Shown here: positions 37,301-46,041 of the stretch, piece after piece
Position numbering within the stretch: the first letter of the stretch is position 1
Layout of the letters: each line of letters begins with the position of its first letter
Source: Podarcis tiliguerta
Taxonomy: Eukaryota
Strand: one strand, 5' to 3'
Assembly (NCBI GenBank): GCA_965153285.1
Contig: OZ229118.1
Length of the DNA: 64,000 nucleotides
Position numbers and translations under genes: made by a program
Notes under the pieces: generated by a model
What the model was told of the DNA's origin: nothing
The model's input: the letters and a program-made list of their open reading frames with translations, nothing else
Database searches by the model: none

Positions 37301-40300
37301 ACTTACAACCATGCAGTCTCGGAGGTTTTTTTGTGTGCAAAAGCTGTTTAAAAGGAAACTTGGGAGATAAAACTTTCCATGTGCACTAGAGGTCACTTCC
37401 TTTAAACATCTCCAAACTGCTTCTTAAATTTGGGACTTTGAGTTCCTTGTCACCCAGTTATTAGTGTGCTGAATGAGTAGTTCTATTTGTCGTACTAGGA
37501 TTTGGATGTCACCTGTCAAGGTAGAGCTGTTGCCACAGAGATATCAGATTTTCCTAACTAACATAAACCCACAGGCTTCAATGGATCTGTACTAAGCATG
37601 ACTAAGTCTGGAAACAAGCCATGCTGATTGAAAGAAAAGCCTTTGCTTATTTGTTTGAGGGGGTCAGCAAACTATTCAAATAGGGATGGCGAGGTCCCTT
37701 GCAAAAGTACTACAGAGCAGCAGCCAGCAGTAATGGGATAAGAAGCGAGATCTGTTTATGGATTGTTAAGCAAAGGGTAGGAATCAACAGAAAGTTCTCA
37801 AAGTGAAGGGAAGTAAACAGCAGAGGCTCCTCAAGGATTGTTGGAACTGGTGCAATTTTACTTATTCACAAAGGACGCATAGTCAGAGGTGATGATGACT
37901 GTCACAGTTTCTTGCCTACCCCAAATTAATCAGGATGGTGACATCCCAAGCAGTGTTTGAAGAGCTCTCTATAAAGAATGTCCTTGTGTTGGAGGTTTTT
38001 TTAATTGAGATGAAAGATGACCAAGAAGAAGCAAGTCACAGGTTTACAAAACTATGAAAAATGTGGGGAAAGGGTATCTCTCCCTACACCTCACTGATGA
38101 TGTCTGCTTGGCTATAGGTTGATGATAAACAAATCAAAGCACTACTTCACACAGCATGCAGTGACCATCACAAGCTGATGTGGTATAACGACCACCAACA
38201 GATGTGGTGGTAGATTGCTCTTAGACCAATGCATAGATAATAGGTTTGGCAGCCGTGCCTAAATGGAACCTCTGTCTTCAGAGACAATATACCTCTGTTT
38301 CCTGAATCATCTGGAAGTAATGTGGATGTTCCGTAGACTGAAGTTGGTCTGTGTTCTGCTTTCATAATTAAATTCCTGCCCCTTCCCCCCAGCCCTGGTT
38401 CTTATCTTGCTGGAATCACTGTATCAGAGCACTGTTCTTGTGGGTATAAATTTTCATTAGAAGCTATGTTCAGGGGGTAATGGGGAAATGTGCAGAATCT
38501 GATGAGCACAGTAACCATAGTGACTAATTGCTTACCAGTAGTATGTGTAAAGAAGTCACTTATTTTGGGAAGTAAAATCCTTGCCTTTCTGCTTGATTTA
38601 ATTTGAAGCATTTCAGTAGTGCTGTGGGAAGCAGCAGAGGCCAATGTCTCCTCCCCCTCCCTTTGAGGGTTCATCTTAATGTAGCTCCATTTATAATTGA
38701 CATACTGACATCTTCTAATATACTATGGAGCTTGCAAGATCATTGCCTGCTTCTTAATGTATTATTATCCTATCATGGGTGTGTGCAGTAAATAAGATGC
38801 TTAGTAGAGGTCATAGGATTTGGGAAGCTGTTTCAGATAACTACTACAGAAAAGCTTGCTGTTGTGAGGCACTGTAGCTTGAGCTATGGATTTTGGGTTT
38901 GAAACCCAACATCCAATGACTGGGATCGACAGTTGCTTAGGTTCCTGCCTATGGCTTCCATTATGGCTGACTCCTAGGTTATATCATAAACTGCATCTGA
39001 ATCAGGCCTAGGTTTCAAAATGAGACTTCATGCGAACATGAGGAATGCTTTTAGAGGGGGAAAACAAGCCTCAAACTCCCTCGAGGACATAGAATTATAT
39101 TTATGTTTCTTTAGATCCTGGCTCCCGTTTTAGGTCTTCCCTTAGGGCTCACTATGAGATCTTTCCCTATCATATTCTTAACGTGGCTTCATCTAGCCAA
39201 AACACTTATTCATGCTGTGTGGACAAGTCCCAATATTCAGTGAATATTATTATAGTTTGGTTCATATTATTTAGTTCTTCATCTCTCCCCCCCCCCCCCA
39301 CACACACCCCAACACCTTTATTATTTAAAAAAAAATATGGATTGATCATTTGCAAAGATGTTGCACATTTTTTAATAAATCTGAACACAGGCTACAGTCA
39401 CTGCCTGTGCTGCCCCCGCCCCCCCACAACATGCACAACCATATTAAGGCTTATAGAATAAACAAATGCCTGGATAGCTGCAAGTTTGGCGCTTAGTCAA
39501 GCTCATAATGTCAGCAATCAAATTGCAGTGCCTGCAGCCAGTTGTCCATCAACTTGTATCATTATGTCAATTAGGGAATATAAGGTAGAAATGGCCTGTG
39601 GTAATGGTATATACAAGACTATTTGAACTGTGCCTAGGTTATGGCGGAATGCTCAGATCCAATTTTACCAATAAAATGAACACTTTTCTTCCTCGAGCTG
39701 TAAAGTAAATGTGGTTTGTATATGTATACAGGGAATTTTTTTGGCACCACCTTACATTTTGAATACCGATGGATTTATATTCAGCCTTAATGACGACGAT
39801 TTTGTTTAAGATTAGAGCATACAGAAAACATGTGCATGTAGGAAATGTATTTTCTGGAGACTAGAAAGCTATATTGTAAGGTGTAAAGGTAAAGGACCCC
39901 TGGACAGTTAAGTCCAGTAAAGGTTGGAGGTGTGGCGCTCATCTTGCTTCAGGCCGAAGAAGCCGCCACTTGTCCGCAGACAGCTTTCTGGGCCTCGGTC
40001 CTGTGTAACTGAAGGAGCGTTTCCACCCCCATCATTCAGCCTGGACACTGAGGTCCAGCGCCGAGAGCCTTCTGGTGGTTCCCTCGCTGCGAGAAGTGAG
40101 GTTACAGGGAGCCAGGCAGAGGGCCTTCTTGGTAGTGGTGCCTGCCTTGTGGAACGCCCTCCCAGCAGATGTCAAGGCAATAAGCAACTATTTTACTTTT
40201 AAAAGACAACTGAAGGTGGCCCTGTTTAGGGAAGCTTTTAATATTTGATGCTGTATTGTTTTTAATATTTGGTTGGAAGCCGCCCAGAGTGGCTGGGGAA

Positions 40301-40917
40301 ACGCAGCCAGGTGGGCGGGGTGTGTATATATATATTTTCCGGGTCATGTGGCCATATTTTCCGGGTCATGTGGCCAGCCTGACTAAACCGCTTCTGGCAC
40401 ACTGTGACGCGATAAAGCCAGAATTCAGAGACTACCAGTCCTGGTTCTCTATTGGTGAAATATAAATACTTACAACTGAACTTCCTAGGGTGGTTGTGTG
40501 GGTGAAAGAAAATGAGAATTGTAAAGCACCTGGCAGATTTTGAAAGTGCTATAGGATTTATTTAAAACTGATTCTGGGCTAGAGTTCCCTGTACTAAGCT
40601 TAGGTTGCAGTTGTCTTAATCACTTTTGCACCAAAACAAATTTATTTTTCTCTTTCTCCTTTTCAGACAATGCACAGCACAACCATGCTTTGGGCAAAGG
40701 CAGAAACGTTTCTGAGGCTTCCCAGGTCATCCTGCAACCTTTCTTTGGAAGCAAGGCAAAGAAAGGAACGGCTCTTCCCAGCGCCCCCCTGCACATCCGG
40801 AATGCCATCCTGGCAGCTGCCCTCTTCCCAGAATTTCTCAAGGAGTTGGCTGCTCTTGCACAGGAACACTCCATACTCTGTTACAAAGTATTTGGTGACT
40901 TTGAGAATTTTTATTAG
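1201..40917 (+). CDS. FHIP1A: FHF complex subunit HOOK-interacting protein 1A (FAM160A1), complete spliced CDS: join(1201-1305,2503-3129,8064-8222,9970-10056,20379-20546,25425-25504,26343-26530,29425-30468,34629-34807,35753-35891,40667-40917), 1008 aa
   Basis: Exon lengths 105+627+159+87+168+80+188+1044+179+139+251=3027 nt join in one open frame with AG/GT boundaries (one GC donor). N-terminus MMST..VDPETCMIVFKTHWAQ and C-terminus AAALFPEFLKELAALAQEHSILCYK match vertebrate FHIP1A as recalled. Confidence 0.96.
2503..3129 (+). CDS. FHIP1A: FHIP1A coding exon 2 (VVKILEKHDP...ENTYFCP)
   Basis: tttctctag|GTG acceptor, CCG|gtaagt donor, 627 nt, phase 0-0. Confidence 0.96.
4212..4393. mobile_element. 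hAT-type MITE
   Basis: Perfect 8-bp TSD CTGCAATC (4204-4211 / 4394-4401); imperfect TIRs CAGGGGTACCAAC / GTTGGCTCCTATG. Confidence 0.7.
4821..5268 (-). mobile_element. 5'-truncated BovB/RTE LINE
   Basis: Minus-strand ORF 4901-5137 (..LKLRLQYFGQIMTREDSLEKTLKLGKMEGTRRRGRQRTRWLD..) is the RTE/BovB C-terminus; TSD GG(A/G)CAACAGGC at 4810-4820 / 5269-5279. Confidence 0.9.
8064..8222 (+). CDS. FHIP1A: FHIP1A coding exon 3 (VLATGLSGLYSSLP...FCNAVIQ)
   Basis: ttcag|GTG ... CAG|gtactg, 159 nt; conserved FHIP-family motif. Confidence 0.96.
9970..10056 (+). CDS. FHIP1A: FHIP1A coding exon 4 (VAHPLIRMQL...PALHK)
   Basis: ctttag|GTG ... AAG|gtcagt, 87 nt. Confidence 0.95.
10395..11800 (-). mobile_element. 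Degraded CR1 LINE, interrupted at 10650-11482 by a hAT-like insertion
   Basis: CR1-like ORF2/3' sequence on both sides of the insertion (..accagagctgtacac..gtattcca..ggtcacaccatagatttgtata..). Confidence 0.65.
10650..11482. mobile_element. Non-autonomous hAT-like DNA element, 833 bp, GC-rich interior
   Basis: 8-bp TSD (G/A)TTGTAAC at 10642-10649 / 11483-11490; imperfect TIRs TAGGCCTGCGTGACGTTG / CAATATTGCCCAGGCATA. Confidence 0.7.
13315..13590 (-). mobile_element. Old L2-like LINE 3' fragment
   Basis: ttatttat tail followed by degenerate L2-type 3' sequence. Confidence 0.35.
16164..16389. mobile_element. Tc1/mariner (pogo/Tigger-like) MITE, copy 1 (orientation A)
   Basis: TIR CAGTGGTACCTCGG..; TA TSD on both sides; homologous to three other full copies in the window. 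Confidence 0.9.
16585..16720. mobile_element. Degraded hairpin hAT-type MITE (family of 51570-51707)
   Basis: ccagatgttttgaactatagctcc..gcagtccagaaaacctagagggtaccag pattern. Confidence 0.55.
16927..17086 (+). mobile_element. L2-like LINE 3' end with (TAC)9(TAA)7 tail
   Basis: gccgcccagagtggctggggaaacccagccagatggg terminus shared with 39991-40335 and 49200-49336. Confidence 0.75.
17756..17986. mobile_element. Tc1/mariner MITE, copy 2 (orientation B), nested in a hairpin hAT-type MITE (about 17727-18074)
   Basis: TIRs and TA TSD; host element continues on both sides (ctggtgccctccagatgttt..|..ctggaaggcaccaggtt). Confidence 0.9.
20379..20546 (+). CDS. FHIP1A: FHIP1A coding exon 5 (VTVEEVMTTTAYLDLFLRS...INTPFR)
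   Basis: ttccag|GTG ... CGG|gtgaga, 168 nt, phase 0-0. Confidence 0.95.
21353..21602 (+). mobile_element. Sauria SINE, 5'-truncated
   Basis: aagtgcaag(c)agataaataggtac..gggaaggtaaa..ggggtcctttacctt tail. Confidence 0.85.
21604..21956 (+). mobile_element. Sauria SINE, full length
   Basis: tRNA-derived head GGGATGCGGGTGGCGCTGTGG, internal core and cctttatcttt tail. Confidence 0.9.
23604..23834. mobile_element. Tc1/mariner MITE, copy 3 (orientation B)
   Basis: Perfect 18-bp TIRs CAGTGGTACCTCGGGTTA; TA on both sides. Confidence 0.9.
24589..24803. mobile_element. Tc1/mariner MITE, copy 4 (orientation A)
   Basis: TIRs and TA TSD. Confidence 0.9.
25425..25504 (+). CDS. FHIP1A: FHIP1A coding exon 6 (LCVVSLALFRTLISLHCEDVMLQLVL-R)
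   Basis: Poly-T tract then ag|CTC; AAG|gtagac; 80 nt, phase 0-2. Not in the ORF track. Confidence 0.94.
26343..26530 (+). CDS. FHIP1A: FHIP1A coding exon 7 (YLIPCNHIMFSQRWAV...NIHRA)
   Basis: cctag|G ... CAG|gtaaat, 188 nt, phase 2-1. Confidence 0.94.
27372..27573. mobile_element. Related Tc1/mariner MITE, one end missing
   Basis: Right TIR ..ccaaggtaccactg+TA; internal ctaatgaggcctcccgccgcc motif shared with copies 2 and 3. Confidence 0.7.
29425..30468 (+). CDS. FHIP1A: FHIP1A coding exon 8, large acidic/Ser-Pro-rich exon (..ISYLQYLWDA..LEWDDSYDTGISP..QSIPFT)
   Basis: ttccag|GT ... CAG|gtgaca, 1044 nt, phase 1-1; lies within the 370-aa ORF 29370-30482. Confidence 0.95.
30754..30930 (+). 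mobile_element. Short BovB/RTE 3' end with an inverted 5' segment
   Basis: Matches the reverse complement of 4821-4975; (caa)n tail; TSD ATTATTT(G/C)TAGT. Confidence 0.85.
32644..33007 (-). mobile_element. Sauria SINE, full length, distinct subfamily
   Basis: Perfect 13-bp TSD TACCACCCCCATA (32631-32643 / 33008-33020); CpGs intact. Confidence 0.92.
33200..33275 (-). mobile_element. tRNA-derived SINE head fragment (..ggtccc..gttcaatccctggc(g/a)tctcc.. family)
   Basis: B-box-like GTTCAATCCC on the minus strand; a related copy lies at about 43305-43410 (+). Confidence 0.55.
33284..33434 (+). mobile_element. tRNA-Ile-derived SINE with a CR1-type 3' tail
   Basis: TAGCTCAGTTGGTTAGAGCGTGGTGCTGATAA..GCCAAGGT..GGTTC head resembles tRNA-Ile; ends in ccttccaactctacagttctatgattc. 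Tail-only pieces at about 12640-12705 and 55140-55214. Confidence 0.75.
34629..34807 (+). CDS. FHIP1A: FHIP1A coding exon 9 (GPFISVVLSKLENMLENSLHVNLL...RSLYQ)
   Basis: ctgcag|GT ... CAG|gtactt, 179 nt, phase 1-0. Confidence 0.95.
35068..35398 (+). mobile_element. Sauria SINE with a small internal deletion
   Basis: 13-bp TSD TATTTGCAGCTTA (35055-35067 / 35399-35411). Confidence 0.92.
35753..35891 (+). CDS. FHIP1A: FHIP1A coding exon 10 (VLASVKNKIEQFASIEKDFPGLL...SLTK), ends at a GC donor
   Basis: ttggcag|GTG; AAAG|gcaagt gives the phase 1 required by the last exon. Confidence 0.9.
37690..38310 (+). mobile_element. Highly degraded CR1 LINE fragments
   Basis: Residual CR1 RT-like DNA (..agggtaggaat..gggaagtaaacagc..ctcaagga..) and CR1 3'UTR-like end. 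Confidence 0.45.
39884..40402 (-). mobile_element. Partial Sauria SINE split by an L2-like insertion
   Basis: SINE sequence ..cagctttctggg | ttttccgggtcatgtggccagc.. resumes after the insert. Confidence 0.8.
39991..40335 (+). mobile_element. L2-like LINE 3' end (nested)
   Basis: Encodes RAFLVVVPALWNALP, a typical L2-clade ORF2 C-terminus, and ends in the shared terminus plus a (TA)n tail. Confidence 0.8.
40667..40917 (+). CDS. FHIP1A: FHIP1A last coding exon (D-NAQHNH...FGDFENFY*)
   Basis: Long pyrimidine tract, then ttttcag|AC; stop TAG at 40915-40917. Confidence 0.95.
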
Positions 40918-43900
40918 TTTTAAGACTTTTTTTTTAAAAAAAGGATGTTTTAATTTAAAAAAAAAACCACAGAGAGCTACTTATAAAGGAAAATTCTACT
41001 TTATGTTCCTGGTAATACTTGATTGGGAGAAACTGTTACACCTTTATGTTGGGCCTTATTTCCTACTGTGCAGCATAGACACTTGATGTATTAATGGAAT
41101 GATTTCTTATTTTACCATATTCCCACCCTTGAACTTCCTTACCTCAAGATCCCTTCTTTTAAACTCTGCTATAGACACTTTTGGTAAAAAAAAAGGCACA
41201 ATTGTGTACCAGGCTGAAAGGTGATTTGCTTTTGTGGGTTGTTATTTTTCCCTATCTAGGAAAGTTGGTTGCTTCGTAAGAGTGCGCTTACCAGGATGAG
41301 CATGTCAAATCTGATAAGCCTTTTATGCAAATAACGTTTTAGGTATCTATTTGCGGGGGGAGGTTCACAATTCCTTCCCTACTTTCTGCATTGCGAGTGG
41401 CTGGAGTTGTGAATCCAAATGGATTCAACAAATATAAGCCTGCGACTGCTAGAAGCAGGTGCTGTGCTGAATACATACCATATTGCCTTACACTGTGGAC
41501 AAGTCTGACACTCTCAGCTGTTGATTCCTTTGAAGTTTAAATGAAATGAGTAAATGGATGTTGAGTGCAGACTGTATGGAATTCCCTCCCCCCCCCCCCC
41601 GGCCATTTCTCAGCATTCTTTGAAAATGCTAGATCTCTACCTAAACTAAACTAAACGCTCAAGCCTTAAATTTTAGTAATATTTGCACACAATGAAATGT
41701 TTCTATGCAAACCGTAGCCTTTTTTTGGTAGACCATATTTGTACACTTTTATCGATAAGCTGAACACAAATGCTCCAGTTATTGTTTGAGTAGTGTTAAA
41801 AGGTTACCTTCATCTGGGAGTTGTTACTATCTATTTTTTAAGTACTATTTTTTTAAACAAAATTGAAAAAAATAGCCTGCCTTTATAAGCTGTGTTTTTT
41901 TTTCCTTTTTAGCTTAAAATGTTATTTTGGTTCAAGGAAAGCTTTGTGGTATTGTAAAACACTAGCTGTTTATTTATGATGTATGTTGACTTGTCCTAAC
42001 ATTGCACTTTTGAAGGATGGCAGAAATGTTTTGCTCCCTAGTAGTAGGAAAGGATGTTACTTGGGACAGATACACTAGAACCTGTTGCAGCTGCTGTCCA
42101 ATAGCTTAAGAACATTTTCTTTTGTGAGTAATGAGACTCATTAGAACGGGTCCAAACATGATGAATTGCTGCATTACAGCTGCATTTCAGTTTGTGCTAG
42201 TAAGAGTAATTGTTCCTCCAGTGCTGAAGTTGGCTTTGTGTTAATAGTGGCTCTGTGCTTGAAAGCCTTCATTTTCTTTTACAGTAGGTGAATATGACAA
42301 ACTGCTCCGAAACCAATGAAAACAGTATCTGAAGACAAGACTTTGCTCCTCTTTGTAAATTCCATATTGAGGTACTAACAGTAGCAGTTGGGGTTTGCAT
42401 GTTCTAGGCTAGAACATGGCACCTGAGCAAATGGGAATTTCACAGACAGCTTTCGGGAGGGTTGCCTAAAATGGTGTGTATATTTGTTTAGAAGTGCAAT
42501 AATGGCAAGAGAGGGATTTCAGTGTCCCCATTTCTTGCTCCACTGGTCTACTGTGACTGGGTCCATTTGCTTAGTCTCCTCTCCCACCATCATCCATGGA
42601 CGGAATTAGAATCCTGCAGGCCATAGAAATCAAAGAGGAGAGAGCTTCTTCCTTTAGCTTCTCAAAGCATTGCAAGCTGTAAAAATCTTACGCAGGGAAG
42701 GATATGCCAGTCCTGTTACTTGGCCCGTTCCCCATGTCTGGTGACATCTTCATAAAAAATAAAATGATCTCATAATTCTAGTCCTGCTACCTTCTCTGTG
42801 GGAAGCGATCCATCCTTTTGATTGACTGATTAATTGTGTATGTGTTAACTGTAGCAGATTTTTTAAAAAATTGCTCTCAAAAGACATTGTATTTTCATGC
42901 TCTTATTTAAAGTTAAGATAGGTGAGGTTTTTTAAATAACGTGGGTGTGTTAATCACATAAAATGTGATTATATTTGCTGCATTTGAAAATCAGACATTT
43001 AAAACGTTGGACATTTGAAAACCAGCAAGGCTACCATAGTATGGACTATGCAGTAGTTTAATTAAATTTTGACATGCTTGTTGCTGAAAGGGAGCAATCA
43101 TGTGCACACACCCTGACAATGTTTAGGCTTGGTTCAAGGCTTAACAGAGCATTTAATAGTGGTATAGAAAAGTATAACAGATTACTTTGTTAGAAACTAT
43201 TCATCTTTTGTTTGAATCATGATTACAGCAGGAAGGGCAGATTCCATTTGTTGGTCAGTCAGTGAAATGTAGGCCCAGGATATGGCATCTTATATTAATC
43301 AGGAAAGGGCCATATGTCAGTGGCAGAACATGTGCTTTCCATGAAAAAGGTAGCAGCATCAATCCCTGGCATCTCCAGGTAAGACTGTGAAAGATTCCTG
43401 TCTTAAACTCTGCTTATTAAGTCAAGTTGCCCTCAAGCCGTTCACCAATCTTCTGAGCTGCATTCAGTGGAGATACTTGTGCCTCTCTTATGTAAGCCAC
43501 TGTTAACATTTGTGAAGTTAGGTTCTTGCTGAGAGTAGAGAGGGGCTATTTGGTCTCTGTGGATTTTAATAAAATTTAAAAATTATGAATTGGAGAATTA
43601 CTATACACAGTCTTTACAGTGACTTTTTGGAGGGTTAGTAATAGAAAACCACAGAATGATATACACAAATAAGTAAAAATGACAGCTACAAATTACTGGC
43701 AAGCTTGATGATCCTTGACACATAGGAGTACAAAATACAAAGACTTTGCTATTTTGGCTTGTTTCATGTCAAAAAGCACCCAAATCTTTTTTTAAAAAAA
43801 ACAACCACCCCTCCAAACATCTCTGAAATTGAGTGCTGCAGTCTTCTGGTGTAATTATCCGAGCCATGATTATAGCACTAATTCAAGCTGTAGTGTTGTA

Positions 43901-45685
43901 ATTATTCCTATATAAATGCCATCTCAGGGAAAGTGAAAATTGCATCTTGCTTAATGTGGCTTTGGATTGCTTTGCATAAGTAAGCTATTTGGAATAATTT
44001 AGTGATGGGTACTAGCCCAAAAAGGCATTTAGAAAGCAAGCTAGCCCTAAAATACTTCTGCAGCGGGAATAGTTAACAGCTTTCCTTAAGTTGGCTCAAA
44101 TTAGCATTTTGCTGATTTGACTACCATTCTACTAGGGTTTGTTGTGTATATGTTAAAGTGACTGGATCTTTGTGGCCATTGATTTAACACTCACATGAGG
44201 CCTCTGTGTTCAGACTTGGCTTTAAAAAAAACAACAACACTTTTAGATTTAAGTAGAATATATTCCATTGCCCTGTCTCCACTGTTCTCTCTATGCATCT
44301 GATGAAGTACATTCTTCCCACAATTGACAGCTTATGCCACCGTCACGTTATCTGTCGTTAAGGTGCCACAGCTACTCTAATTAGTTGGACTATGTGAAAA
44401 CTGACTTTTTTAAACACTGACAAATTCTACTCCTTGCAGAATACAGGAATGTTAACCCAAAGATGCTGCATGCAGAGAAACTAATTTTTTTTAATCATTC
44501 TTTGGTTTTCCAAGAGCACTTTGCGTGCGTTTTAATCAAACATAGATTTACCAAGCTAAATGTTGTCCAATCAGAAAATTAATAGCAGATTTGATTTTTT
44601 TTTCACACCCAAAACCATATTTTTAAGACCCCTTACTGAAGAAATTTGCAAAAATTAAGTTTCATCTCCTAAAATGACACACCCTACTGCCTCTCAGCAA
44701 TCTTACAATATTATAGGAGGAAAAAAATTAAGTCTCTAATGTGCTTCCTGCATTTGCACCAAGATTAGTGTGTGGCATACTACGGCCTATCTGCTGCTAA
44801 AATGTAATTTTTAATATACTTATAATATTCTTTACAGACCTTACCTCCTTAATTGTAGAAAATGAGGAGGACTATACTCTCAATTTTTGTGGGTTTCATT
44901 TGTGTGTTTTCTTCCAGCTTATTTATTTGCAGCACAAAAAGACTTTAATACAATGAATCTGAATTCAGTTGTCTTTAGTTTCTCTATTCTAAGCACTTTA
45001 AAGACATTTCCCTACATCACAAAGCAACTTATGAATATACTGCTCCTCAACCTGCTGCTACATCAACTACTGTTCTCTAGAGTCTCCCTGTTGCATAGGT
45101 TCAAACGTATCTGTATATATCCTTTCACAGTTCTCTGCATCCCACTCTCCAATTAATGATTTCAACAAAACAAAATACATTCTCTGGCCTACCAACACCA
45201 CCTATGGCCCATGCCTATTCCTGGCAAGAAGCCATGCAAAATATAGTAGGTTGTTTCCAGGCTTTTAAGGTAAGGCTGAAGTTATCACAAGACAGCTATA
45301 TGTTTTCTTCTCTATGCCTCTTCATTACAAGGCAAATTATAGCATCTCACCCCAGTTGCAATTCCTGTGTCATCTTTCAAGGGCAGCCTTGCATCCAACA
45401 TATTACTGTGGCAAGCTCTCATGGCTCTAAAAGGGGACAGAGCTTACACAGCTAAGAAAATGTATTCCTGGATACTCACACTTTGTCCAGGAGAACTGTC
45501 AGGCTCCAAACCTGTTCGCCTTCAAAAACAAACAGGACAATGATCAAGATTGGTGGGATTACTCCTTCTTGTCTTGACTCAGTGTCACGTTTTTCATCCA
45601 CTTGCTGCTGCTTCCAGAATAAAAGGACAATCTGTGGGTACCTAGTTAATAAAATGTAGAGCTGGATGCTTCTAATTCATTGATA

Positions 45686-46041
45686 AAAAGTTAAAGGTAT
45701 CCCTGACCGTTAGGTCCGGTCACGGACGACTCTGGGGTTGCGCGCTCATCTCGCTCTATAGGCCGAGCGAGCCAGTGTTTGTCCAGCAGACAGCTTCCGG
45801 GTCATGTGGCCAGCATGACTAAGCCGCTTCTGGCGAACCAGAGCAGCACACGGAAACGCCGTTTACCTTCCCGCCAGAGCAGTACTTATTTATCTACTTG
45901 CACTTTGACGTGCCTTTGAACTGCTAGGTGGGCAGGAACTGGGACCAAACAACGGGAGCTCACCCCGTCGTGGGGATTTGAACCACCAACCTTCTGATCG
46001 GCAAGTCCTAGGCTCTGTGGTTTAACCACCACCCGCATCCC
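45686..46041 (-). mobile_element. Sauria SINE, near full length
   Basis: 15-bp TSD TCTA(A/C)TTCATTGATA (45671-45685 / 46042-46056). Confidence 0.92.
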
